Source of the DNA: an uncultured virus (IMG/VR IMGVR_UViG_2772190671_000001)
Lineage: Duplodnaviria > Heunggongvirae > Uroviricota > Caudoviricetes
Direction: 5' to 3' (one strand)
IMG/VR virus record: IMGVR_UViG_2772190671_000001
DNA length: 64,000 bases
Below, piece by piece: positions 7,872-18,626 of the stretch (position 1 is the stretch's first letter; each line of letters begins with the position of its first letter). The notes below the pieces were generated by a model. The model saw only the letters and a list, made by a program, of their open reading frames with translations. It had not been told where the DNA came from and did not search any database. The position numbers were made by a program, and so were the translations under genes.

Positions 7872-8296
7872 CAGATGCCCTCAACTCTCTTGGGCCGGGG
7901 CGCCTCCCGCCATCCGGCAACGACGATCACCGGTACGGCGATCGCGCCCCACACGGCAGCAGCCACCCAGCCTCTCGAGAAGTCGCCCTGCAGCCACGAC
8001 ACCAGATACGACAGGGTCCACGGCAGGACGATGAGGACGAGGGCGACGAACCCGAACCAGTCCACACCCTGCGGCACGAAAGCCGAGACGACGGCCAGGA
8101 CGCCGGTCACGAGCCACAGCCAGCCCCACACGGTGATCGACAGCATCTGCAGAGCGAGCGTCAGACCAGGCTGAGCAGCTGGCGGTGAGATGAGCTGCCC
8201 GTACCCGTACAGCGCCCACACCGTCCCGTAGGAGAGCAGGATTGCGCCGCGGCGGCCCAGCATGAGGCCCAGCCGCCGGACCACCCGGCGCGGCAC
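7871..8296 (-). CDS. Four-TM membrane protein (lysis cassette)
   Basis: Four hydrophobic segments; follows holin. Confidence 0.75.
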   Translation of the reverse strand: MPRRVVRRLGLMLGRRGAILLSYGTVWALYGYGQLISPPAAQPGLTLALQMLSITVWGWLWLVTGVLAVVSAFVPQGVDWFGFVALVLIVLPWTLSYLVSWLQGDFSRGWVAAAVWGAIAVPVIVVAGWREAPRPKRVEGI

Positions 8297-8614
8297 TCAG
8301 ACGCTCCGCGGTGCGCCGCCGCCGAGCGCGGCCTGCGCCTTGTCGGAGACGCCGACCGGCTTCCACAGGCCGAAGTGGCTGAGCACACCAATACCGAAGG
8401 CGACGAGCGACAGGATGACGGCGGTGCCGAGGTCGTAGTCGGGGCCCGGGTTGGCGAGCTCGACGAGGAAGCCGTTCAGCGTCGACAGGGCGAGCAGGAG
8501 GACGGCCTTCACGCCGGCATGCGTGACCCGCTTCGTGACGAGGCCGACGAGGACGGGCAGGACGACGGAGATGAGCAGGCCCAGCCAGTAGGCCTTGTCG
8601 AGGTCAGCGTTCAT
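8297..8614 (-). CDS. Putative holin
   Basis: Three TM segments, directly after endolysin. Confidence 0.75.
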   Translation of the reverse strand: MNADLDKAYWLGLLISVVLPVLVGLVTKRVTHAGVKAVLLLALSTLNGFLVELANPGPDYDLGTAVILSLVAFGIGVLSHFGLWKPVGVSDKAQAALGGGAPRSV

Positions 8615-8616
8615 GG

Positions 8617-9390
8617 TCAGGACTCCTTCGCTACGGCGGCCCGCAGCTGCGCGACTTCGGTGCGCAGGGCCTTGAGTTCGGTGAGGATGGCGTCGGTGTT
8701 CTCGCGAGCCTTGCGCGCGTGCGCGTAGCCGGAGCCGAGTGCCGCATTGACGGCGATCTTCCCGTCGGCGAGGCCCTTGTCGTCGGGCCACTCCTGCGGC
8801 ACCCACGCGCCGAGAATGACGGCGTCGGACAGTTTCATCTCGTTGGTCTCCTCGGGCGTGGCGGTCTTCGGCGGCGTGGCGGCCGCGGGTCGGGGCGCTC
8901 CCGCCTTGACCCAGGCGTAGATGGCGTCGCCGGGGCAGCTGGTGGCGTAGCCGTCTCGGTGGCCGCCCAGCCACGTTCCGGCCGGGCCTTCCTTGCGGCA
9001 GTAGTCGATCGCATCCCGGGCGCCGGACAGCTGGGCGTCGGTGGGCTTGGTCAGGCCGGACGAGCCGACGAGCAACAGCACGGCGTAGTCCTGATCGTTG
9101 AGCGTGGTGTTGCCGTTCGCCGAGTTGCGGCGCTTCAGGCCGCGGCCTTCGTACACGTAGCCGTGGGTGCAGACGACGAAGCTGTAGCCGATGTCGGACC
9201 AGCCGTTGCCGTCCATGTGCTGGGCCTGGATCTGCCGCACGTAGTCGTCGCACTTGTCGTGCGTCCGGTCGGTGTAGGCGGTGCCGAGGTAGTGGAGCTT
9301 TACGCCGCGGCGCGGCCGGCTGTACGGGGTGGCGCCGTTGGGTGTGCGGTACGCGCGGGCACCCCACTGGGATCTGGTGACGAGCTGCAA
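8617..9390 (-). CDS. Endolysin, N-acetylmuramoyl-L-alanine amidase (PGRP/Amidase_2)
   Basis: VTRSQWGAR, HMDGNGWSDIGYSFVV...VYEGRG, GHRDGYATSCPG. Confidence 0.93.
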   Translation of the reverse strand: MQLVTRSQWGARAYRTPNGATPYSRPRRGVKLHYLGTAYTDRTHDKCDDYVRQIQAQHMDGNGWSDIGYSFVVCTHGYVYEGRGLKRRNSANGNTTLNDQDYAVLLLVGSSGLTKPTDAQLSGARDAIDYCRKEGPAGTWLGGHRDGYATSCPGDAIYAWVKAGAPRPAAATPPKTATPEETNEMKLSDAVILGAWVPQEWPDDKGLADGKIAVNAALGSGYAHARKARENTDAILTELKALRTEVAQLRAAVAKES

Positions 9391-9460
9391 GACGCCCTCC
9401 TTGGCTGGGCATAAAGAAGGCGCCCGGAGTCTTCGGGGCGCGGGTTGGGGTGGTGCGGGG

Positions 9461-10051
9461 TCAGAAGGTGGTGCGCAGGAACGCGATGTGGAGGCGCAGG
9501 TTGGTGTTGTTGGCGAGGTCGTTGGAGGCGGTGCGGAGGGTGACGATGCCGTCGACTCCGAGGACGAATCCGCCGTGGACGATGCCGGTGTCGTAGCAGC
9601 CGGTGATGGTGTCGTGGGTGGGGCGCCAGCTGGCGGGGACGACGCAGCAGACGGTGTCGACGATGTTCCCGTTGGTGGCGTTGATCGTGGCGCCGGTGCG
9701 GGTGAGGTAGATGTCGAGGACCGTCATGCGGCCCTGCCGGTAGCCGGTGAAGTCGTTCAGGCTGAACCCGGACGATGCGGACAGGCCGGTGGTGCCGCTG
9801 ACGAGGGACGGCTCCGGCGTGACCCACGAGGAACCGTTGTAGATCTCCAGCCGGTTGACGTCCTCCAGCCACGACGGCATGCCCTCGATCGGCGCGGTGA
9901 GGGTGGCGCCCCGCGCGGAGGCGGACGCGAACCTCATCAGGCTGCGCTGGGCGATTGCGTTGGCGAGATCCTTGGCCAGCTTCGACGCGTCTGGGGCGTC
10001 GGTGAGGGAGGCGATGTTGACGCCCTGCCCGTAGTCGTCCGTGGTGGGCAC
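9461..10051 (-). CDS. Minor tail / fibre protein
   Basis: End of tail operon; MRFASASAR...EGM N-terminal motif, beta-rich C-domain. Confidence 0.7.
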   Translation of the reverse strand: MPTTDDYGQGVNIASLTDAPDASKLAKDLANAIAQRSLMRFASASARGATLTAPIEGMPSWLEDVNRLEIYNGSSWVTPEPSLVSGTTGLSASSGFSLNDFTGYRQGRMTVLDIYLTRTGATINATNGNIVDTVCCVVPASWRPTHDTITGCYDTGIVHGGFVLGVDGIVTLRTASNDLANNTNLRLHIAFLRTTF

Positions 10052-10061
10052 GCGGCCTCCC

Positions 10062-10670
10062 TTAGATGGTGTACGAGATGCCGTCGAGGCCCACCCATGT
10101 GGGCAGGTTCGAGGACTGGAATGTGCGGAGGACGCCCGTGGTGACGATTTCGAGGCGGAGCACGGCCGGCACGACGGTGGCGTCGCGGACGACGGCCCAG
10201 GCCACGGTCTCGCTGGGGCGGATCGCGGCGGGCAGGGTGAGGATGGTGGCCCCGTCGGCGATCGTGCCCGCTGTCGGTCCGATGCGGCCGCGTAGCCAGA
10301 TCCGGCGGCCCTCCCGCAAGTAGGAGGCCGTGTAGCCGTGTCCCGGGTTCTGGAATCCGGCGGCGAGGGTGAGGGGCGTCCAGCCTTGTCCGCTGGTGGC
10401 GGTGCGCCCCCAGGCCAGCCAGTTCCCCATGCTGTTCTGGTCGATGACGATGACGTCGCCGACGGCGGGCAGGACGTAGGTTTCCATGCAGCGGATCGAT
10501 GGAATGCCGTCGGCGGCGACGGTCCCGTCTCCGTTGACGGCGGTGACGGTGGCGGTCCGCCAGTCGGAGCCGCGCACCGACGGCGACTCCTCCCCGGTCC
10601 GTTTGGCCTGCTGTTTGAGCGCCCAGGCGAGGTCGCGGTGGACGGCGAGGGCGGGCTTGCTCGTGCTCAC
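10062..10670 (-). CDS. Minor tail protein
   Basis: OB-fold-like N-part (ATVTAV...PAVGDVIV) plus fibre-tip-like C-part (ILTLPAAIRP). Confidence 0.7.
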   Translation of the reverse strand: MSTSKPALAVHRDLAWALKQQAKRTGEESPSVRGSDWRTATVTAVNGDGTVAADGIPSIRCMETYVLPAVGDVIVIDQNSMGNWLAWGRTATSGQGWTPLTLAAGFQNPGHGYTASYLREGRRIWLRGRIGPTAGTIADGATILTLPAAIRPSETVAWAVVRDATVVPAVLRLEIVTTGVLRTFQSSNLPTWVGLDGISYTI

Positions 10671-11767
10671 GCGTCCTCCTTCGCGGCGATCGTGGAGATG
10701 GGGAAGTCGCCGCCGAGGTCGAGGGGCACCGTGAACGCCGCCGCTTGGTGGAGTTCGCGACTCCCGTCCGCGTGCCGCACCCGCAGGACATCCCCGGGTT
10801 CGAGCGCCGGGTTGGGCAGCGAACTGATGTCGCCGGACGCGTTGGGGGCTTTCGCCTTGGCGAGGGTCACCGTTGCGGCGGCCTGGCAGGCTCCTGCGGT
10901 GACCAGCGTGGATGAGCTGATGAACTTCGGCCGCCTCCCGAAGGGGCCGCCCCAATAGGTCGGGCTGTTGGGGTCGTTGTCGGTGGCCAGGTAGGAGACG
11001 GGCGGGGCGTTGTCCGACGTGTTCTCACCGCGGGCGAGGACTCCGTTGTGGACGGCCTTGCTGCTCATGGCGCGCTTGCCGGAGATGTAGGCGCCGCCCT
11101 CCGTGGCTTCGATCGCCCACACGGGTTCCGTGGTCGCCAGGTCGGGCAACGTGGAGATGATGAACTCGCCGTCCGGGGAGGCGTAGCACTCGGCGCCGGC
11201 GGCTGCGGCGATCTCCTGTACGCCGGCCCACGGGTCCGCTTCGACGTCGAAGACGCGGGAGCCGATGGCGGTGTTAGTGATCCTGCTGATCACATCGGCG
11301 CCGGGCACGCTCCGCTGGATGATTTCGGTGATGGCGGAGACGACGGTGCCGGTCACCCGGTAGGGGGTGGTGAACTTGTCGTCGGCCACGATGATCGATA
11401 GGTCGCTGCCGGTCAGGGTGACCGGCCCTTCGGACACGTCTCCGTCAACGTCGTCCAGCCTGAACACGCCAAGGGGCACCAGCTCGGGCTGGCTACCGTC
11501 TCCGAAGTCGATACCTCGACTAATCCGCAGCCGGGCCCCATACGTGGCGAGCTCGTCGGCGGGAGTGCGGGGTATGAGCGTCGGGTCGGCGATGGTGACC
11601 GTGCAGGTGCGGCGGATCGCCTGCGCCCGATCCACAGTCACCTGCCCGCCCGTGTGCGGCAGGTTGATGACCTCGCCCGTCGTCAGGAACAACTGGACCT
11701 GTGTGACGGGGATGTGGTCCTCGGTGAGCCGTTTCAGGAATCGCTCGGAGACGGGGTACACGTTCAC
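10667..11767 (-). CDS. Tail hub / baseplate protein (DUF5047-like)
   Basis: GGQVTVDRAQAIRRTC...LVPLGVFRLDD...PNPALEPGD. Confidence 0.8.
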   Translation of the reverse strand: MNVYPVSERFLKRLTEDHIPVTQVQLFLTTGEVINLPHTGGQVTVDRAQAIRRTCTVTIADPTLIPRTPADELATYGARLRISRGIDFGDGSQPELVPLGVFRLDDVDGDVSEGPVTLTGSDLSIIVADDKFTTPYRVTGTVVSAITEIIQRSVPGADVISRITNTAIGSRVFDVEADPWAGVQEIAAAAGAECYASPDGEFIISTLPDLATTEPVWAIEATEGGAYISGKRAMSSKAVHNGVLARGENTSDNAPPVSYLATDNDPNSPTYWGGPFGRRPKFISSSTLVTAGACQAAATVTLAKAKAPNASGDISSLPNPALEPGDVLRVRHADGSRELHQAAAFTVPLDLGGDFPISTIAAKEDA

Positions 11768-13998
11768 TCCCTCCGGCGGTTCAGGAGTACGTCCTCCCAG
11801 GTGGCGAACGTGTCGAGGACGCGCTGCCAGGTCTCGAATTCGGTCAGTACGTCCTGCCAGGTCCGGCCGCCGGAGCCGTTGACGCCGGTGGTGACAGGCA
11901 TGTCTGCTTCGGTCAGCGGAAGCGTCCACGTCCTGATTTGCTCCTGCGCCAACGCGCCTACCCGAGCCTCAGGGACTTGGCCGACGGTGACGTACATGTC
12001 GTCGACGCCCAGGTCCGGCGCTGCCTGCCACAGCAGGGTGTTGCCGGAGTCGAGCAGCAGGTGCAGTGCCTTGCGTTCCGTATTCGACCGTGTCCAGATG
12101 GCGAGGTCGCCCTCAAGTCCCTGGCGCTTTCCGCTGAACGTGACCTTGTTTCGGCGTCCCCGGACGACGAATGTCGACTGGTCGATAGGACGGGTCCAGT
12201 CTGGCGCTCGCTGCACCATCACCTTGAGGTTGCGCTGCGGGTTCCCCGGATCCTTCAGCCACGCCTGGTTGATGTCGGCGAGGGTGAGCGAGACCACAGA
12301 CGATGTCCGCGAGGACGCGAGCGCGCCTGAGGGGGCGTAGATGCTGATCGTGTAGTAGACCTGCACGCCCATCGGCGCCTCATGGTCCTCGATCACCAGC
12401 AGGTCAGAGTCGATGAGCTGCTGGTCGATGAGCCCGTCCGGGCCGCGCACCAGGGTGCGTGATCCGTCCTCGGCGACTCGGTGCACGCTGACCAGATAGT
12501 CGAGCGGCAGCTCCCGCAGCGTCAGCGTCACGTAGCCGGCGGCACTGTCCGCGGAGACGGCGGTCTGCGGCAAGACCTGCCACAGCACGACCTGGTCGAC
12601 GTGGAGGACGCTGCTGGTCGCGCCTGCGGTGGCGATGAGCTCGACGGCCGCCTGCGTGGCGCCGGCCGGGGCGATCGCATCGGAGGGCAGGGCGTACCAG
12701 GAGGAGCCGGGGATGGCGTAGGTGGTGGCGGTGGATGTGCCGAGGTCGGCGCCGACGGCGTCGTACCAGTGGACGCGGACGCCGACGGTGGGCCAGGACC
12801 CGGCCGCCGGATGGATGAGGGCCTGGGCGCGGAAGTTTTCGCCCTCGATGATCCCGCCGACGGTGCCGGAGCGCATCGTGGATGCGGTGGCGGTCGCCGA
12901 GGTCGCGGCGAGCGCATACGCACCCGAATACCAGGACTCTCCCCACGGCGTCGTTCGTGCCAGCGTCGCCACACCTGAGGCGGTCGTCCACCCACCGACA
13001 CCCTGCTCGAACGATGAGTCGGCATAGGTCAGCAGTGATCCGGCCTGGAGTTTCGGCGCCACGATGACGACCGCGGTCTCCAGGCGCAGCACCTGCCCGG
13101 CCGACGCCGAGTCCAGGCCGGCCGCCACCGAGCAGGTCGCGGCGTTCGCCGGTGCCACCATCGACGCCCGCTGCCGGTACATGCCCGTCGCCGGTGTCGG
13201 CGGCGCCAGAGTGGAGCGCTGGGCGCCGACTTGGTTGCCATTGCTGTCGTAGAACCGCAGCTCGATCCAGCACGTCGACGCGATGGTCGGCGGCTGCAGG
13301 TAGGCGTAGGCCAGGTATTCCTCGCCCGGCGTGACGGTCGGCCGGTCCACCGCCAGAATGCTCGCGTTGCCGGAGGCGACCGCGGTCATCGCCAGCGTGT
13401 GCCCGCCCGCCAGATAGTTGTCGACCGCCCAGTTGATCACGGGGACTTGGCGGGTCACGCTCGCGTTGACGACGGAAGCCCACCCGGAGGCGTCGACCTC
13501 GGACGATTCCGTGTTGAAAGGCAGCAGGTTGCCCTGGGTGGTGATCGGCAGGCCGAGGTAGACGTTCTCCCAGTAGTGGGAGACGAGCGACCCGACCTCC
13601 GTCGACGACAGGATGACCTGCGCCTGGACGGCGATCGGCGGCGCCACCCCGGCCACGCCCACCCGATGCCATGCGGATGAGGCGGCGCTCGTCGTCAGCG
13701 ACCAGGTGATGCCGACCTCGAGGCCGCCGTGGGCGAGCCAGCGAATCCCGATCCGCTCCCCCACGACGCCCGCCGTGTCCGCGAACACCTGGTAGGTGGT
13801 CCCCGCGGTGACGGAGTAGGAGGAGACGGTGCGGGCCTGCATCTCCCCCGCCGCCACGGACTTCACGGCGAGGCAGCCGTCCCCGTTGCGTCCGCCCGTG
13901 CCCTTGCCGATCGTGCAGTTCAGCTTGGACGTCCACCCGGAGGTGTTCGGGTCGATCGACTCCGTCGTCGGGCTGAGGAGGTTACCGGGGATTGCCAA
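11764..13998 (-). CDS. Distal-tail-like protein with three carbohydrate-binding-like repeats
   Basis: Follows tape measure; three GNLL...SGW-starting modules; C-terminal WLKDPGNPQRN domain. Confidence 0.75.
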   Translation of the reverse strand: MAIPGNLLSPTTESIDPNTSGWTSKLNCTIGKGTGGRNGDGCLAVKSVAAGEMQARTVSSYSVTAGTTYQVFADTAGVVGERIGIRWLAHGGLEVGITWSLTTSAASSAWHRVGVAGVAPPIAVQAQVILSSTEVGSLVSHYWENVYLGLPITTQGNLLPFNTESSEVDASGWASVVNASVTRQVPVINWAVDNYLAGGHTLAMTAVASGNASILAVDRPTVTPGEEYLAYAYLQPPTIASTCWIELRFYDSNGNQVGAQRSTLAPPTPATGMYRQRASMVAPANAATCSVAAGLDSASAGQVLRLETAVVIVAPKLQAGSLLTYADSSFEQGVGGWTTASGVATLARTTPWGESWYSGAYALAATSATATASTMRSGTVGGIIEGENFRAQALIHPAAGSWPTVGVRVHWYDAVGADLGTSTATTYAIPGSSWYALPSDAIAPAGATQAAVELIATAGATSSVLHVDQVVLWQVLPQTAVSADSAAGYVTLTLRELPLDYLVSVHRVAEDGSRTLVRGPDGLIDQQLIDSDLLVIEDHEAPMGVQVYYTISIYAPSGALASSRTSSVVSLTLADINQAWLKDPGNPQRNLKVMVQRAPDWTRPIDQSTFVVRGRRNKVTFSGKRQGLEGDLAIWTRSNTERKALHLLLDSGNTLLWQAAPDLGVDDMYVTVGQVPEARVGALAQEQIRTWTLPLTEADMPVTTGVNGSGGRTWQDVLTEFETWQRVLDTFATWEDVLLNRRRE

Positions 13999-14008
13999 AG
14001 CGACCTCC

Positions 14009-17000
14009 TCAACCAGCGTTGATGACGGCGGCGAGTTCCTGATTGTTGCGGTGGACACGCACGTCGATGAAGTCCGCCAAGGCCCGGTCCTGGGTGTGGA
14101 TCTCTACCACGACCGGCTCGTCCGTGCCGCGGGCCGCCAGATCGTTGAACTGCGCCCCGGTCAGCACGGGTTCGGGCCGGCCGGTGCCGTTGTAAGCCAA
14201 GTTGAATCCGGGTTGGAGGAAGCCACCCGCGTCATACTTGCCGGGCTGGAAGCCGTACCAGGACTGGAACAGCCGGTCGTTGTAGCCGCGGGCTCCCTTG
14301 CCGACGACGACGCCGTCCCCGCCGCGGGACTCGACGTTGACCTTGCCGAGGGTGCCCGCTGTGTGGCCGACGCCGTCGGCGGTGATGCCGACCCGGAAGG
14401 GGCTATTGCCTTTCAGTACCCATCCGGGCGGAGCAGTCTTGCCGTGGAAGGCGTGTGTGCTCCACCTGCGGTGCGGCTTCTGCCCGCGGATGACGGACTC
14501 GATCGCGGACATGAAACCGGAGCAGTCCCAGCTGGGGTTTCCGTTTCCTGCCCACTGGTAGGGCAGCCCGTCCTGGGTTTTCGCCCACTTCAGCGCAGCC
14601 TGGATCCGTGGGCCACCAATGCCTCCGGCGCCCTTCTTGTCGGCCTCCTTGCTGTAGCCGAACAGGGTGTCGAGGATCTTGTCGGGGACCCTCCGCAGCA
14701 GGGCACCAAAGCCGGTGTCCATGCCGGGGAAAGACTTCAGCAGCGGGTCCACGACGTTCTTGACGCCCGCGCGGGCGGACTCTTCCAGGGTGTCGGCGAG
14801 CCAGCTCGCGCCCTTCTTGATCGTGTTCCAGGCGGCCGTGCCGGCGCCGACCGTGGCCGACGCGGCCTTGCCGATCCAGCCGAAGATCCCGCCGTCCGCG
14901 AACGCTTGGTGGATACCGCCGCTGGCGTAGCGCAGAGACCGGTCGGTGCCGGTGTGCGGGTTGCCGCCCAGTATGGGGGCGAGGGCCCGGCGTACTCCGT
15001 TCGCGCCCGACGAGCGGGCGATCTGGTTGAAGTGCGACACGAAGCCCGACCCGACCGCGCGGGTGAACTCTGGCCGCATGATGGCCTCGCCGCCGGACAG
15101 GTCGAGCGCCCCGCCCGTCGGGGAGATGAAGCGGTGCACGTCGCGGCCGGGCGTGTAGCCGGGCAGCACGCCGCCGCCGGCGAATCCCTTCGGGTGGATG
15201 GGGTCGAGCGTTGGTGCCCCGAAAGCCTTCGCGATGGCGTTCCAGATGCTCCGCAAGCCCGAGTTGTACACCGTGTCCACGATGAACGAGACGGGCTTTT
15301 TGGCGATACCGGAGATCTTGTCCCACGCCGTCTTGATTGCCTTGCGTGCCGTCTCGAAGCTGGCGCCCACCTGGCCCACTGCAGCCCGCAGCGTGTCAAA
15401 GATCGGTTTGACGCCGTTCTTCCACACGCTCGATACGTGCTCCCTGATGCCGTTCCACACCGGCTTCACGGCGTTGTCGCGCAGCCACCGGAATACCGCT
15501 CCGACGTCCCGGATTCCGCCCTCCAAGAGATCGAAGTGCGGCTTGATGACGTTGTTCCACGCTGCTTTCACCGCCGCCTGGATCGCCCGCCACACCGGCA
15601 GCACGACTTTGTCACGCAGCCAGGCGAACGCCGGACCCAAGCCGGTGGTCACCCACGAGATCAGGCCTGCGATCGACTGGACCATGCCACCAATCCAGCC
15701 GATCGCCACGGACAGTGCGGACGCGAGGCCGCCGATCAGGAATTCGGCAAGACCGATCAACGGAGGCAGCAGCCACGACAGGACGTTGACGGCCAACTCC
15801 AGCACCAGCCCGATGATCTCCGCCAGCGGAGGCAGGATCGGCAGCAGCGCAACGACCAGATCGACGCCCGCCTGGACGAGCAGCAGCAACGGAGGCAACA
15901 GCTGCATGAGCACACCGGCAGCCATTTCCAGGATCATCCCGACGAGTTCGCCGAGCACAGGGAACAGCGGCGCGAGCGCCTCCACCAGGATCAGTAGTGC
16001 ACCAGTGAGCGGCGGCAACACCTGGGCGAGGGTGTCGGCGAGCATCCCGACGAACGCCCCCAGGACGGGGGCGATTCCGGCGAGGATGGGGGCGAGTTGC
16101 TGGGCGATCGCCCCTGCCATTTCGGCGAGGGGGCCCACGATGCCCAAAAGTGCCGTCGAGATCGCCACGAATGCGTCCGCGATCGTGGGCAGGATGGGCA
16201 GCAGCGCCCCCAGGACTGTGGTGACGAGCTGCACGCCGATCGGGATGAGCGGAGCCAGGCCCTGCACCAGGACGATGGCCGCGTCGGCGAAGCCGAGCAG
16301 TGCGGGCAGCATGGTGAGCAGGGCTTCGCCGATTGCCGTGAATGCCTCGGAGATGACCGGGAGGAGGGGCTCCAGGGCGGCGAATACGACCTCGACGAGT
16401 TGCATGCCGACTGCGATGAGCGGCTCAAGTACGGCCATGAGCTGCGTCAGCGCGGCGGCGAACACGTCGGCGACTAGCTGCGCCACCATCGTCAGCAAGC
16501 CGATAAGGGGGGTGAGCAGGGGCTCCAAGTCGCGGAATACCTGCGCGGTGATGTCGGCGACAGCCACCATCACGGGAGTCAGGGCCTGCACGACCTGCAT
16601 CAGCGGCCCGACCAGCAGATTGATCAGCTGAGTGGTCACAGCCAGCACGGGCGCCAGGGCAGGCGCGAGCGCGGTGATGACCGCGCTGATCAGTTCCGCA
16701 ATGGGCTGCAGCAACGGCATCACAGACTGGACGATCTGCACGATCGTCGTGCCCACCATGACGAGCGCTGGGGCGAGGGCCTGAACGATCGGCGTCAGGG
16801 CCGCGCCGAGTGTCGTAGCCAGCTGCTGCAGGACCGGCCCGAGCGCGGTGGCGAGGGCGGCAATCGGCTGAGCGATCGCCGCGAGGAGCGGCACGACGGC
16901 CTGCACGACCGCCCCGATGACAGGGACGATCGCACCAACGATCTGCGCCACGGAAGCGAACAGGCTGCGCATCTGCGCCTGCATCTGCGGCGCGGCAAGA

Positions 17001-18613
17001 ATCTTCTCCAGCTCGCCGAAGACGGCGCCGAGCGTGCCGACGATCTGACCGCCCGCATCGCTCGCCGCTTTGAAGATCTCGCTGACGACCCCGAAGACGT
17101 TGCCCAGCAGCGTGCCGAACTGGGAGAGGATCCCGAACGCCGTCTCGGTGGCCTGCTGCAGGCCGCCCGACTCGAAGCTCGCGGCGATGCCGTCAGTGAA
17201 GCTGGTGATGGCGCCGGCCATCTGGGTGAGCAGTGCGTTGAACGCGGGCTGCGCGGCGACCGCCAACTGCCCCCAGGCGGTGAGCAGCTGCCCCGGGGTG
17301 TCCGCGAACACCTTCAGATTGGCCGTCGCCCCGGCGAGGATCTTGTCGAGCATCCCCGTCCTCGCCATCTCGGTGATGGCGCCGGCGGCGTTCTTCGCCA
17401 TGTCGTTCCACACGCCGGCCGTGGCGGTCAGCTGCCGCTGCAGGATCGGGATCGTGGTGTTGCCGAGCGTCGTGACGGTGGAGTCCAGGCCCTTGAACAG
17501 TTCGTTCTGCACCGACAGGCGCATGGCGTCCCACGCCGGCGCAAGGCCCTGCACGGCCCGCACAAAGCTCTGCGCGTTCGGTGCGAGTTTGGCCATGGCC
17601 TCGCCGAACTTTGACGTCTGCGCGGCGGCTGCGGCCTGCGCGTCCGCCACTGCGGCAGCGGCGTCGGCGACGGCGCGTTGTGCGTCCTCGATCTGCCGGG
17701 CGCCGTCGGCGCGCGCCTCATCCACGCCGCGCTGGGCGTCCGCGAGTGCGCGCTCTTTGTCGGCGACGGTCTCGTTGGCGTCAGCGATGCGTTCGCGGAC
17801 GTCGAGCACCTGCTCGCTGCCCTCGATGCCGGCCTTGTTGGCCTTCTTCGTGTCTTCGGCGAGCCGCTTCGTCTCTGTGCGCTGCTCGGTCAAGTTCAGC
17901 CGGGCCCGCTCGTAGCTGATGCGGAGCCGTTCCAGCTCGTCAGGGGTGACGCCCGGCTTCTTCTGTGCCGCCTTGAGCTCTTCCTCGGCCTCCTTGAGGC
18001 GCAGGACGGCCTCGCGCTCGTCGAGGTGGGATTCGGAAAGCTGCTGGTTCATGTCCTGCAGGGCGCGCGCCGCCTCTCGGCGGGCGTCGTTCAGTTCTCC
18101 CTGTACGGCGCGGGCATCGCGCTGCGCGTCGGCGAGGTCCCGCTCGGAGTCGGCGACCTGCCGCTGTGCGTCCTTGACGCGCTCGGCCGCATCCACGCGG
18201 GCCTGCGCGAGGGAGCGCTGCGCGTTGGCCAGCCCCCGCTGCGCTGATTCGACCGCCTTCGTCGCCGAGGCGGCGGCACCGGCGTCGGCGGACGAGTCCG
18301 CGAACGCGGCCTTGAACGCCTCCCCCACTCCGCTGAGCCCGAGCTTCAGCGCGCCGGCCGCGGCGCCTGCGGTGGCCAGCGCGGGCGCGAGGACGGCAGC
18401 CCCGGCCGCAGCCGAGGAGAGGTTCGCACCGATCGCGACACCGGCCAGCAGGCCGACACCCTTCATTCCGGCGCCGAACGCCTTCGAGAAGGCGCCTGCC
18501 CCGGACTTGCCCGCAGACGATGCGCGCGAGGTGACAGATCGGGACCAGTCCCCTTCGAACTCGGGCCGGATGGAGACGTATCCGCGTCCGACGAGGACAC
18601 CGCCAGCTGCCAC
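14009..18613 (-). CDS. Tape measure protein with C-terminal NlpC/P60-like domain
   Basis: About 1530 aa, Ala/Leu-rich repeats, coiled coil; PYQWAGNGNPSWDCSGFMS. Confidence 0.93.
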   Translation of the reverse strand: MAAGGVLVGRGYVSIRPEFEGDWSRSVTSRASSAGKSGAGAFSKAFGAGMKGVGLLAGVAIGANLSSAAAGAAVLAPALATAGAAAGALKLGLSGVGEAFKAAFADSSADAGAAASATKAVESAQRGLANAQRSLAQARVDAAERVKDAQRQVADSERDLADAQRDARAVQGELNDARREAARALQDMNQQLSESHLDEREAVLRLKEAEEELKAAQKKPGVTPDELERLRISYERARLNLTEQRTETKRLAEDTKKANKAGIEGSEQVLDVRERIADANETVADKERALADAQRGVDEARADGARQIEDAQRAVADAAAAVADAQAAAAAQTSKFGEAMAKLAPNAQSFVRAVQGLAPAWDAMRLSVQNELFKGLDSTVTTLGNTTIPILQRQLTATAGVWNDMAKNAAGAITEMARTGMLDKILAGATANLKVFADTPGQLLTAWGQLAVAAQPAFNALLTQMAGAITSFTDGIAASFESGGLQQATETAFGILSQFGTLLGNVFGVVSEIFKAASDAGGQIVGTLGAVFGELEKILAAPQMQAQMRSLFASVAQIVGAIVPVIGAVVQAVVPLLAAIAQPIAALATALGPVLQQLATTLGAALTPIVQALAPALVMVGTTIVQIVQSVMPLLQPIAELISAVITALAPALAPVLAVTTQLINLLVGPLMQVVQALTPVMVAVADITAQVFRDLEPLLTPLIGLLTMVAQLVADVFAAALTQLMAVLEPLIAVGMQLVEVVFAALEPLLPVISEAFTAIGEALLTMLPALLGFADAAIVLVQGLAPLIPIGVQLVTTVLGALLPILPTIADAFVAISTALLGIVGPLAEMAGAIAQQLAPILAGIAPVLGAFVGMLADTLAQVLPPLTGALLILVEALAPLFPVLGELVGMILEMAAGVLMQLLPPLLLLVQAGVDLVVALLPILPPLAEIIGLVLELAVNVLSWLLPPLIGLAEFLIGGLASALSVAIGWIGGMVQSIAGLISWVTTGLGPAFAWLRDKVVLPVWRAIQAAVKAAWNNVIKPHFDLLEGGIRDVGAVFRWLRDNAVKPVWNGIREHVSSVWKNGVKPIFDTLRAAVGQVGASFETARKAIKTAWDKISGIAKKPVSFIVDTVYNSGLRSIWNAIAKAFGAPTLDPIHPKGFAGGGVLPGYTPGRDVHRFISPTGGALDLSGGEAIMRPEFTRAVGSGFVSHFNQIARSSGANGVRRALAPILGGNPHTGTDRSLRYASGGIHQAFADGGIFGWIGKAASATVGAGTAAWNTIKKGASWLADTLEESARAGVKNVVDPLLKSFPGMDTGFGALLRRVPDKILDTLFGYSKEADKKGAGGIGGPRIQAALKWAKTQDGLPYQWAGNGNPSWDCSGFMSAIESVIRGQKPHRRWSTHAFHGKTAPPGWVLKGNSPFRVGITADGVGHTAGTLGKVNVESRGGDGVVVGKGARGYNDRLFQSWYGFQPGKYDAGGFLQPGFNLAYNGTGRPEPVLTGAQFNDLAARGTDEPVVVEIHTQDRALADFIDVRVHRNNQELAAVINAG

Positions 18614-18626
18614 CGCGCACCCCCTG

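Noticed and set aside
9461..13998. Diversity-generating retroelement or invertible tail-fibre system
   Set aside because: No reverse transcriptase, no template/variable repeat pair and no inverted fibre cassettes noticed
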